20,418 nucleotides of DNA from Rhizaria sp. SCN 62-66 (taxonomy: Eukaryota), in the NCBI GenBank assembly GCA_001724265.1, contig MEDY01000092.1, positions 62,001 to 82,418 of the forward strand, in the 5' to 3' direction. Under the pieces are notes generated by a model. The model was not told where the DNA came from. It did no database searches and saw only the letters and a list, made by a program, of their open reading frames with translations. Shown here piece after piece: positions 7,116 through 17,894 of this stretch (the stretch's first letter is position 1; every line of letters begins with the position of its first letter). A program made the position numbers and the translations under genes.

Positions 7116-10040
7116 TCATTCGCGGAGGATGGCGCCCAACCGCGACGTGATGCGACTCGCCTGCATCGCCTCGGCGTCGCTGCCATCGCTCGCACCCTCG
7201 CCAAACGCGCCGCCAAAGCGCCCGTTGTCACTGGTGTTGCCGCCGCCGCCGGCGCTCAGCCCGGCGAATCCTCCGAGTCCAGTCCTCACGCTCGCATTGC
7301 CGGCGCCTAGGCTGCCGGCGGCGGCAATGGACACGAGGCTGTGCGAGTCGGCCGAGTGCTGACCGGCCCAGGAGCCGTACCCGGCCTTGCCACCGCCGCC
7401 GCTGTGCTGCGCGACGGACGCGAGCGAGTGGCCCTGTCCGCTGCTGCTCAGCGGCTGCTGCGGCGGCGAACTCGGCAGCTTGGCGTTGCTCGATGCAGAC
7501 GACGACGCGGAGGAGGAGGAAGAAGATGCGGACATCTTGGCCGCCTTTGCGCGCACGATAGCGAACACCTTTGCGCCGCCGAAGACCATCGCGGCGACGA
7601 CCAAGCACGCGCCCAGCAGCGCCGAGAGCAGCCGCGCGTCCCGCAGCTGCGCGGTCACTTTGTCTTTCTCCTGCACGGCCGCCGCCAAGGCTTCGGCAAC
7701 GCGGACCGTGGCCGCGGTCTCGGTTGCAAGGCGCTGCGACGCCTCGGCGGCGTCCGCGGCGGCCTTGGCGGCGGTTTTGGCCGCGGTGGCGGCGACCGTG
7801 CGCGCCTGGGTCATGCCGGCCTCCGCGGCGGCGGCGGCGGCGGCAACGGCAGCGGCGGCGTCCGCGGCGGACACACTCTGACTGGCGCCGTTGCTGTGAC
7901 TATCGGAGTCATCATCGTCGTCGTGGACGCAGATAATCGTCGTGATGGGGCGAGTGCAGGTGAAGACGGCCTTGCGCTCCCAGCGCTCTTTGTCGGCGTG
8001 CGCGGGGGTCGCGCCGGCCTCGCGCGCGGCGACGCCGATGCGCCACTTGAAAAAGAAATCCACACATAGAACAAGAAATGCGAAAGCATATATGAGTGGA
8101 GAAGTAACATGGAGGTTTAGTTCAGATTTAACCAAAACAGATAAGACTTGCATGCATTAAACTGCAAAACGGACCTGTGCATTGTCGTCCTTGGGGGAGT
8201 AGTTGATACCGCCGCGGCACATGTCATCATCACTGGGAGTGTTCACAACGACGCTGTCAAACAGCACAGTCGCCGAGCCGCCGCCGTCGAGATTCATCGC
8301 GTTGACCGCGCCGAGCTCGAACATAATCGCGGCCATCTCGGGCAGATCCACGCCCGTGTCCGTGAACGACTTGCCGTCGACAGTCGCCATGAGGAATTCG
8401 CCCGCAGCCGTGAAGCCGATCGCGGTGCGCGCGGAGCGGATCGACACGAAGCCAGAGCCGGACTCCTAAAAAGTTTGAGGCAGAGTCACAAAGAGTGACG
8501 AATGAAAACAAATGAGTGTTGCGTTGAAATATGCACATGATATTACAAAAGACGTGTGAGTTGATCACACGATTCAGAACAGTTACATTGTTGAAATGAT
8601 GTCTGTACGTACCTGGCCAGACATGTCTTCACCACGAGCACAGTCCTATACAGCAAGACAACAAGTAGAATCGAGAAAATACATCAAGAAAGGAAATTAG
8701 AATCCACAGAAGGTCGTATTACTAGAATAAACCAATAAGATATTGTCAATGACATCTTTCATCTTAGTTTCGATATATCATTGTTGACGTACGTGAGTGG
8801 TTTCGCACACGTTTTGCCCTTCCCTGACAAGCCACACAATGCCGCCCACGAGCTGCGTGAACCGCCAGTCGCGATCCTCGGCCATGGCCCGCGTAAGCTC
8901 GCCGCCGCGCAGCCCCGCGTGTGGGAAGCCCCTGCGCACGGTCACCGACAGCCGCGACAGGGCGCTCTCGGGCAGCTCGGTCAGGCTCTCCCCGGCGCGC
9001 GCCGCCGCCAGTGGGGCGTACGTCAGCAGCGGTGGCACGGGCTCCAGCGCGGCGGTCGCGCCGCCGGTGGCCCTGCGCTGTTCGCGCTCGCCCTTCTCGC
9101 TGTTGCTGAGGGCCTCCGCGCGGCTCTGCTCTGCCAGTACGGTTTCGATCACGGTGATCGCGCGCTCGATGGCCCGCTGATCGGCCTCGCTCTCAGTAGC
9201 CGCCTCGTTGTCATCATTGTGAGCGTTGCGACGTGACTCGTGCTGCGCAATCAGCGCCTGCGCCTGCGCCAGCTCGGCCGCGAGCATCTCTGCGCGCGCG
9301 GCGCGGGCGGCCCGCGCGTCTTCGCCCTCCCGGCCCGCCGCGGCCTCGGCCTGGGCCTTGGCGAGCTCGGGGAGCAGCGCACGCTCGCGGGCCGTGCGCT
9401 GTGCCTGCTCCGCAATCGACGCAGAGATGTCGCGCGGGTTGGACGACCACGGAGAGGAGGGCAGACGGCTCGCGAACTCGTCCAAGTATCCCATGAAGAA
9501 GAAACCGTTGTCGGTGACGCCGAAGTGGACGTTGCGAAACGTCGCCGGCTGCACGGTGCGGCCCTCGGAGACGACGGCGTTGATGCACGCGCCCGTGTCT
9601 GTTTTGAAGAACCCGCCGTTTGTCGCCGCGACGCAGAGGCGCGAACGAGAGGTGAGAACTGGGTCGACACGGGTGCCGCAGCCGGTGGGCGGGGGCGTCA
9701 CGGAGATGTGGCCGCGCGGGTTGCGGGACAGCATGGCGTTGCCGAAGTCGCGGTTGCCGCCGCGGATGGAGCTGAAACGGCGCCAGTCAACCTGCGACGA
9801 CGAGACATTGGAGTCTGCTAGCGGGAGCGCAATGGGGTAGAACGATTGGTGTACGCCGCCGTACTGCTCGGTGTTCGTCTCGACAGCTGTGACAAGAGAC
9901 GGGAACGCGATGGTGATCAATGCGAGGGCGATGACGAGCAGAGAACGGCACTGTGTACGATATTGTTTGAGTTGTGTGTGCAGTGCGACTTGAGGTGCGC
10001 GTGTGGGGGAAGAAGGCTTCCGCCACAACTGCGGTCGCAT
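7116..10040 (-). CDS. NAGPA: N-acetylglucosamine-1-phosphodiester alpha-N-acetylglucosaminidase-like (uncovering enzyme / phosphodiester glycosidase), type I membrane protein (833 aa, 4 exons)
   Basis: Exons 10040-8793, 8645-8613, 8465-8175, 8045-7116, all phase-0 GT-AG junctions. Motifs CVAATNGGFF, NVHFGV...GYL, QLVGGIVWLVREG, SARTAIG, NAMNLDGGGSAT, PSD, CTRPITTIICVH match the NAGPA family. N-terminal hydrophobic segment LLVIALALITIAFPSLVTA; C-terminal TM LLSALLGACLVVAAMVFGGA; Ser/Gly-rich tail; stop TGA. An alternative exon-1 donor (GTGTGC, 18 nt upstream) cannot be excluded. Confidence 0.88.
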
Positions 10041-10757
10041 TGCGAGGAACAACAGCGACTAGATAGTAAGTCAAGGAGCAACGGGGGTTGTTGTCAGGGT
10101 TGCGGTTTCACGTGAGAGAGCATAGCAGATATTGGTGTGGTTAGATTCGGATGCAGCAAAGGAGGGAGCAAAACGATTGGGCGAGAGAGACATTCAGGAG
10201 CTGAAAACAAACGGCTCCACGGGGTAGTTGTAATACAACACAATAAAGCAAGCAGCGGCGCTCGTTATTCTAGTAGATCCATCTTTGAAGCATGCACGGA
10301 GTAGTTAAGCAATCAGACTGGGATGAGTGACGAGAGGCATCGGTTAGCAGCGTCTTCGAAGTAGCTAGATATGCGTCACGCATCCGTCCAGCGCCATTAT
10401 ACTACAACAGTCATATTGAATATGATGCATGTGGTATGCTTCTATTTACCATTCTACTATACGACGTTGTTGACGAGCCAAGTACACACTTTCTTTTCTG
10501 TGCACTTGACACTCACTTGCGCTCCGACCACGAACCATCTTGCTTCCTCGCAAATGCCATTATCTCTTTCTCACAGACCACTATTCACTTGAATTTGCAA
10601 GTGACATAACTTTAAATGATGCGAAAATTAACCAACGAATGCTGTTTTTTCTCAACCTTACTGTCCTCTATGTATATCCCCTTGCATTCGCTCTGATCCG
10701 GCTCGCACCAAATGACATCAACATCTCGTCCCCAACCCCCCCCGGCTGCCCCTCTAG
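10041..10757. promoter_or_regulatory. Divergent (probably bidirectional) promoter region between NAGPA-like and ZNG1-like genes
   Basis: Head-to-head start codons about 720 nt apart; each half is pyrimidine-rich on the strand of the gene it precedes. Inferred from geometry. Confidence 0.5.
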
Positions 10758-12779
10758 ATGAGCTCCAATGGTCCTGCACCACCGAACCCGGGCTCGTACG
10801 CCGACGAGTTCGACGCCATCCCCGACCTTGTCGACCTGAACGTCCCCGTTGAGGCCCCCGTCGCGATCCCCCTGTCAGCTCTCGTCCACGACGTTCGCAG
10901 TGGCGCGAACACCACCACTGACGGCGCCAGCTCTAACTCGGCGAACCCCGCCGCACAAGCCGAGTTCCCGACCTCCGAAGACGTCACCACGGGCGTTGTC
11001 CCGCTGACTATCCTCACCGGCTGGCTCGGCGCCGGCAAGACGACCTTTCTGCACCACTTAGTCTCCGAGATCTCGCGCACCAACCGGCGCGCCGCGATCC
11101 TCCAGAACGAAACGTCGTCGCTCATGGGCGTCGAGCGCTCGCTCGCGCTCACCGACGCCAACGGTACCGTCGGCGAGGTCTTCGAGCTGGGCAACGGCTG
11201 CGTGTGCTGCTCAGTGCGTTCCGACTTCAGCTCTGCTGTGGAGGAGCTTCTTGCACGCCGTCGCTTCGACTTCGTCATCGTCGAGTGTTCCGGCCTCGCC
11301 GACCCGGGCCGGCTGGCCAACTCGCTCTGGGCCGACGACGAGCTTGGCGGACGCGTGTATCTTGACGCGATCATCGCGTTCGTGGACGCGCCCGCGTTTG
11401 CCGACTCGGCCGCTAACCCCTTCGCGCTCACGGTCAGTTCCGAGGCGGTGAAGCAGGCCACCGAGGCGCTCCGCACCGCGGTCGCGCAGGACCCCTCGAT
11501 CGCGGGCGCCACGGACGCCATCGCCGCTACCCGCGCCGCGGAGGCCGCGAGTGGCGACAGCAACAGCAACGGTCCCCGCGTGATTGCTCCCCGAGGCATC
11601 GAGGTTGTTCCTGACTCGAGCTCCAACTCTAATGCGACCGCGACTGTAACTGCGGACAAGCCCGCTGCTCCCGGCCAGCTCTCCTCCGAGACGGACGCGA
11701 CGGCCGCCGACGTTAGCGCCATGATCTCCCTCCAGATCAGCGACGCTGACGTCATCGTCCTCAACAAGGCCGATCTCTTCCCCCAGAGCGCAGTCCCCAC
11801 TTCTGTCACCGCCGCGGTGCAGGCGCTGAACCCGTCCGCCGCCGTCGTCGCTGCCGAGCGCTCGCGCGTGCCGCTGGATCTCGTACTAAACCGCCGCGCG
11901 CTCCGCCTCGGCGCGGCCGCCACGGGCGCTGCGGTCACGCGCGCGTTCGGCGGCGACGATAAGTGCACTGCAGAGTGCACTGCAGAGTGCGCTGCAGACT
12001 GCGCTGCTGCGAACGCAAAGTGCACGACGGAGTGTACGGACGCTGCTCACAGTCATTCTGCTCAAAATTACACCCATAGGCATAATCATAAGAGCGCCCA
12101 CAGCCACTCTTCTGCTCATGCGAGTGCGAGCTCGATCGATGAGCAAATCGGCTCTTGGCTTGTCTCGCGCACCGGCACGAGTACCGCGAATTCTAGCACT
12201 AACAACGCTAGCACTGACTCCAGCGCTCCCGCGGCTGGCACACATCACGGTCTGTCGACGATCTTGCTGCGCCGCCGCTTCCCCGCTGGGCGCGGCTTCG
12301 ACCACAAGCGGCTCCAGCTCTGGCTCACGACCACGCTCGACGACGCCAATGTCGCGTACACCGTGGCGCAGCAGCAGGCCGCGCGCGGCGCCGACGCTGA
12401 GACGGCCGCGGCGGCGGCGCGGGCCGCGTGGGTGGCCGAGGGCGCGGCGGCCGACGCGGGCCGGCGCGGGATGTATTTCCTCCGCACCAAGGGCGTCGTG
12501 CCCGTACAGGGCGAGCTGAAGCGGTGGTATCTGCAGGCCGTGCGGGAGACGTTTGACCTGGCGCCCGCGACGGCGCACGCGCTGATCGACCTCGTTCCGG
12601 CTGACGGTGCCGTGGCCGCGAATGCTGAGAACGTGACCGCGAGTGCAAGTGCGTCTGAGTCGGGGGCGAACAGCGACGTGTGGAGCGAAGGGAAGGAGAG
12701 GGAGGCGCGGATTGCGGTGATTGGACTGGGGTTGGACGCGAAGTTCATCTGTGAAGGCCTCGAGACGTGCATTGACTGA
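10758..12779 (+). CDS. ZNG1: CobW/COG0523 G3E-family GTPase, zinc metallochaperone (ZNG1/CBWD-like), 673 aa, intronless
   Basis: Walker A LTGWLGAGKTT, ILQNE, metal motif ELGNGCVCCS (CxCC), Walker B ECSGLADPG, G4 NKAD, His-rich linker, CobW C-terminal motif LRTKGVV, and N-terminal acidic IPDLV resembling the ZNG1 PELV motif. ATG to TGA. Confidence 0.9.
   Translation: MSSNGPAPPNPGSYADEFDAIPDLVDLNVPVEAPVAIPLSALVHDVRSGANTTTDGASSNSANPAAQAEFPTSEDVTTGVVPLTILTGWLGAGKTTFLHHLVSEISRTNRRAAILQNETSSLMGVERSLALTDANGTVGEVFELGNGCVCCSVRSDFSSAVEELLARRRFDFVIVECSGLADPGRLANSLWADDELGGRVYLDAIIAFVDAPAFADSAANPFALTVSSEAVKQATEALRTAVAQDPSIAGATDAIAATRAAEAASGDSNSNGPRVIAPRGIEVVPDSSSNSNATATVTADKPAAPGQLSSETDATAADVSAMISLQISDADVIVLNKADLFPQSAVPTSVTAAVQALNPSAAVVAAERSRVPLDLVLNRRALRLGAAATGAAVTRAFGGDDKCTAECTAECAADCAAANAKCTTECTDAAHSHSAQNYTHRHNHKSAHSHSSAHASASSIDEQIGSWLVSRTGTSTANSSTNNASTDSSAPAAGTHHGLSTILLRRRFPAGRGFDHKRLQLWLTTTLDDANVAYTVAQQQAARGADAETAAAAARAAWVAEGAAADAGRRGMYFLRTKGVVPVQGELKRWYLQAVRETFDLAPATAHALIDLVPADGAVAANAENVTASASASESGANSDVWSEGKEREARIAVIGLGLDAKFICEGLETCID
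11961..12008 (+). repeat. Coding 12-nt tandem repeat encoding (K/E/D)C(T/A)A units
   Basis: aagtgcactgca gagtgcactgca gagtgcgctgca gactgcgctgct = KCTA ECTA ECAA DCAA inside the CobW ORF. Confidence 0.85.
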
Positions 12780-13346
12780 GTGAGCTGACACTCGTAATTC
12801 TTCATTGCCATGACCTGACTGCTTTGGCCAGTTTATTTGCTGTGCCATTTAGTCCGCATTACAAGTATCCTGTTGAAGGACGAATCTAGACTTATGTTTA
12901 AAGATGCATTTACTTAGAATACATCACGAAACATGTATTACATGGATATTCATTGATTGAAACAATGACGAGAGCGTATTAAAACGATGATACTCGTGAC
13001 GAACTCATTATCATTGATCATCTCTGAGGCAAAGCCCTTGGCAAGGCGACCCGCGGTGATCGAGCCCAGATACATTTTAATTGAGTCCATTGACACCACA
13101 TCGAACTCATGCTGACCAAGGTGACGAGTTCCTCGCAACGCACACACACCTCATTTCAGAAATCCGCAACAAGTCTGCAGACATTCGATGACTTTGACAC
13201 AAGGTGTAAATGATTTTGATAGATTTCCAACCACATGTTTATTTTCAACCAGTGCCATGTTTCATATGGCCCATGTTCTTTCTCTTTTCTTCACTTCAAA
13301 TCAAGCTGATAGCATTATCGTATAATCCTCATTGTTTACCCCGCAT

Positions 13347-16208
13347 TCAAGCCACCACATTGCCGCGCCCCGCGCGGAGCATCTCCCTCCAGTCCTCGGC
13401 ACGCGCGCGCATCGCCAGCGCGCTCTTCTGCGCGGCCAGCTCCATCCCGTACAGGCGCTGCGCCTGCGGGCCGACGACGGCGATGTGCCGCTTCGTCGCC
13501 AGCACGGCTTTGGCGACGTCGGGGCGCGAAGTGGCCGCGATCGCGCGCACGTGCTCGCGCCCGCGCTCCAGGTCCTTCTCCGTCACCGCGGGCACCTCGG
13601 TGTCGCCGAGCAGCTCGCTCACAGCGCCCAGCAGCTCAGTCTCGCACTGCCACAGCGTGCACGCGGCACTCTTCTTGCCGCGGCCCCAGTGCATGCTGGC
13701 GTCGCCCGTGGGAACGGAGCCCGCGCCCGCGGACTGGACCGCGGTGCAGCCGCCGTCGTGGCCGCCGTTCTTGCACTTGTGGAACCACACGAGCTCGTTC
13801 TGCACCGCGACGAGCGACACGGCGAGGCCCTGAGCGCCCGCGCGGCCCGTGCGGCCGACGCGGTGGACGTAGGTCGCGGCGGCCGCGGGCAGCGTAAAGT
13901 TCACGACAAGGGGTAGACCCGCGATGTCGATGCCGCGCGCGGCGACGTCCGTGCAGACGAGGAAGCGGGTAGAGCCTGCACGGAAGGCCGCGAGCTGCGC
14001 AGCACGGTCAGCCTGAAAGAGTGACAGACGGAGAAAATAAATACAAGAACGAGAATGTCAGCAATACATCATGACTTCTAGCAATTAGCAAGAAAAACCT
14101 TGTTTAAAGTGGCTTGTTGTTGAAAAACGTGGAATATGATCGATATCGTGTAAAATCAGTGTAAATTGACATACCTGGCCTGCGTGCAGCGCGAGCGCCG
14201 AGTGGCCGCAGTGGACCAGGAAGCGCGCCACGAGATCGCAGTCAACGCGCGTGCGGCAGAAGACGATCGCGGACGAGGGCGCGAGCGTCGCGATGATCCG
14301 CGCCAGTGCCGCGAGCTTAAGTGACTTGACGCCGAACGACAGCACTTCGGCCGCGTCCGAGCCTGCCGTCGTGTTGAGCAGCGTGTGGATGCCGTCGGTG
14401 AAGTCGCGCAGACCGGCGAGCGAGACGCTGCCCTCGGCGCCCTTGCCGTCGAGCGCGGGCATGTCGCGGAAAGTCAAGCCGCTCTCGCGGGGCAGGAGCT
14501 CCTCGGGGTCAAGCCCGCTGTACGTCCCCTTGAACAGCGCGGGCTCCGTCTTCGGCCACCCAGCGGGCATGTTGCTGTTATCACCAGCGCCAGCGCCCGC
14601 AGCGCCTGCGGCGGCGGTGTTCCAGTCCGCGGGGACCCAGGAGCGGTCGCGCAGCGCGTCGATGGTGAGCGCGACGTGGTCGACGTTGACGGGCACCGTC
14701 GTCTCGCCCTTAAGGTCGACGAGCTGCGGCGTGCGGCACAGCGCGCCAGCCATCGCGCGTGCATCGAGCGAGTGCAGCGTCGCCGAGCAGATGATGCGCT
14801 GCGCGCGAGGGGCCGGCGCGAGCGGCAGCGCGGCCGCCAGCTCCATCACGAGAGCGCGCGAAGAGCCCGAGAAGAGCTCGTCGGCCTCGTCCAGCACGAA
14901 GAAGCGCGCCTTGGACAGGGAAACCTCGCCCGACGCGACGGCGGAGCGCACGCAGGCGACGGTGCCGACGAGCAGGTGCGCCGTGTACGCGGCAGAGTTG
15001 GGCAGCTTGACCGCGAACGACGAGGCCGCAGCAGCATCGCTGTTGTCATCACCCTTCTTGCCGTTGTTGTTGTTTGACTTGGCAGCGCCGCCGGAGCGCG
15101 ATGCCACGGCGCCGTTGGGCGTGAGCAGGCCCATGGTGACCGAGGGCGCAGTCAGGTGCGCGGTGAAGGACTGGAGCTCCTCGTACACCTGCTGTGCGAG
15201 TTCGCGCGTGGGCTCGAGGATCACGCACACGACGTGTGACGCGGACGCGGAGTCAGACTTGGCGGTCTTGTCGCCAGCCTTCGCCCCACCCTTGGCGTTG
15301 GTGCCGCCGGACTTGTTCGCGGTGCCCTTGTTGTTCGTACCCGCCGCAGCGGCAGTGGTGTCTGCGACCTGAGCAGAGCCGAGGGGCTTGTAGCCCATCA
15401 GATCAGTCGCCACAAAGGGGCCCGCAAAGTTCACGACGACGTCGGCGTTCGAGATGAGGACCGCGGGGAAGAGCGGGGCCGCGCCGCCCTTGGGGAGGTT
15501 GGCGAAGGCCTGTGCTACGAACGCGCCGTTCTTGCCGAAGCCGATGGTGCCGGCGTCAACGTCGAGGAACACACCGATCGTGTCGCCCGCAGTGTACTTG
15601 GCGGGGAAGTCACCGAAGGTGCCGGCGTGCGAGGTCTTGCCCGCGGCGCCGTAGCCCCAGGACAAGGCGTCGAGCCCCAACCCGGCGACCGGGGAGGCGG
15701 CGGTGCTCACGCCGATGCGCGCCATGCCCTCATCAGTCAGCGTCACCTCCCAATACCAGCGGCCGCGGGTAACGCCAAGCAGGCTGCGCGCGCCGTACCA
15801 GCCGCTCTCGGCGCGGCACTGCGCGCGGAGGCCCGGTCCGCCCGCGCCGCCGTAGAGAGGCTTCTCGCCGCCGTCCGCAGAGGGAGCGAAAGGAGCGATG
15901 GTGACGGGCTCAGAACGGTCGTGCGGGGAGAGCTGGAAGTTGGGCCGCCCGTCGGCGAGCACGACCGGCATGACATCGGGCGCGGAGACGGTGGCGACCC
16001 CGCGGAGCGTCTCTGTGATGAGCTGGAGCACGGGCAACGCGAGGGCGCCCGTCTTGCCGGAGCCCGTCTCGGCGGCAATCATGACGTCGGCACCGCCCAG
16101 AATGAGCGGGATGGCCTCGTCCTGCACGTCGCGGGGAAGCAACCAGCCCTTCTCCTCGACCGCGGTGATGAGCTCGGGGCACAGACCCAGCGCCTCGAAG
16201 GAAGACAT
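13347..16208 (-). CDS. DDX1: ATP-dependent DEAD-box RNA helicase with SPRY insertion, DDX1 (899 aa, 2 exons)
   Basis: Exons 16208-14175 and 14012-13347; phase-0 intron 14174-14013 (GTATGT...TTTCAG). Q motif GWLLPRDVQ, motif I AAETGSGKTGA, SPRY domain (GRWYWEV...ARIGVS...SWGYG...GDTIGVFLD...LFPAV) between motifs I and Ia (diagnostic of DDX1), PTRELA, DEAD, CSATLH, IVFCRT, TDVAARGIDI, YVHRVGRTGRA, VWFHKC. Stop TGA. Confidence 0.94.
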
Positions 16209-16768
16209 TACGCAAAAGAGTGATGACCTGCAAAGTAGGGAGCGTCTTGTTTAGGGATGCGTCTGTGACGCGAACGCGAGGGTTTATCAAAAATTACGGG
16301 TACAAAGTTGGTGGTTTGTGAGATTTAGTTCAAGGTTATCGAACGTTGTTCCGGTGAATGTGTGTCTGGGGCGTCGCAGAGCGACAGATATAGGAGGATG
16401 ATGTGGAGGCACGGTCAACCCGTAGGAGGAATTGAGACGAGTCGGGTAATCGACATGCGAGGAGAAAAGGAAAATAATTAAATACGCCACCAACACAATA
16501 AAACGCGTTCAAATAAAATGCAGTCATTTTGGCGCTTATCTAGACTGTCGGTTTGAGTTCTTTTGTTTCGCACTCGCTTTTGATTTGCGTTGGTGGTGGC
16601 CGCCACCACAAGCCGGAAAACGTTTGTGGTTAGATACAAAATTGCAATTATATTTCGAGCACCAATCCTAGAGAAGGTGAATCAATTGATACTATGTATT
16701 CATGAGCTAGTTACTGATGGAAATCGCATCTTTGGCATATGAAGGGTCACATATATATGATGATCATC

Positions 16769-17894
16769 TCATTTCTCATCTTGCTTGTCCCCATCGTCAT
16801 CACCACCTTCCCCATCCACTTCCACGTCCTCCTCCTCCTCCTCTTCATCCGAGCTCACCTCATAGTCGCTCGCCGCCACGGGGTCCTCCCGCAGCCGCTC
16901 CTCGGCGTACACAGCCGCGTCCCCCGGGTTCGCAAGCGCCTCCTCGACCACGGTCATCCCGCGCCGCCGCGCCCAGTCGAGCGCGGTCGCATTGGCGGGA
17001 TCGCGTGCGCCGGCGTCCGCGCCCGCCGCCAGCAGGTGGCACACCAGCTCCAGGTGGCCGTTGTAGGCGCACCAGTGCAGCGCCGTCCACCCGCGGCCGT
17101 CGCGCGCGTTCGGGTCCGCACCTGTTTGTTGTTTGTTGTGTTAGCACAAGTTCACAGTTTGATGAGACAAAACATATATGAAGTATAAATCATAATTTGG
17201 GAAGTAATGCTGTTATATTTAAGGTAATTTCAGTCATAAAACACGATTAAAGACGGAATATATCAATAAAATTGTATGACCACAAGATATGGTGGGTTTT
17301 GTTCATTTTCGTTGGCGTACCGTGAGAGAGGAGATAGACGAGTGTGTTGCGGTGGCCTTTCATCGCAGCGCAATGCAGCGGCGTCCCGCCAAACTCGTCG
17401 CGCACAGCTGCTACAGTGCCGGGCGTTTCTTCACGCGCAACGGCGCTACGGAGAGCGCCGACATCGTTGCGCCTGAGCATGCACCAGGTAGCGAAGGTAA
17501 ACAACAAGAAAGTTCAGATGAGGATGAGCTAAGCGTCGTTTACACAATAGTTATTGCGCAAATACAGATATGATGCAGGTAAATATCATATAACTACTAG
17601 ATTCATAATGGGGAGCCATTTTGTCAAACATGATGGCCTATATAGCGACATGTGTGTAATTGTTTTGATTCGATAACCGTACCTGGCAGCTTTGATGACG
17701 TCGGGGACTTGGGTGACGTTTGACTTGGCAAGAACAGTAGATGTGGTCTTAGTCGGCGGCGGCGAGAAGTGCGGCGTCAAAAAAGACGACAACTCACGGG
17801 ATGAAGGCATGAACGCGTTGAAGCCGGGCAGGCCGCCGGTGCGCGAGACAGAGATCGATGACCTCTGCTGCTGTCCATTGAAGCCGAACGACAT
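16769..17894 (-). CDS. Ankyrin-repeat protein with acidic C-terminal tail (238 aa, 3 exons)
   Basis: Exons 17894-17683, 17472-17321, 17121-16769 total 717 nt and join in frame (phase 2 GTACGG...TCAG; phase 1 GTACGC...ACAG). Ankyrin repeats DEFGGTPLHCAAMKGHRNTLVYLLSHGADPNA and DGRGWTALHWCAYNGHLELVCHLLAAGADAGA, partial DPANATALDWARRRG; tail SDEEEEEEDVEVD. Stop TGA. Confidence 0.9.

Noticed and set aside
7071-7310. 79-aa plus-strand ORF with a signal-peptide-like start (MRLSSFLIALLVVTASFA)
   Set aside because: Starts at TTG rather than ATG and is antisense to the last NAGPA exon.
12950-13147. 65-aa minus-strand ORF between ZNG1 and DDX1
   Set aside because: Non-ATG start, intergenic composition, no motif.
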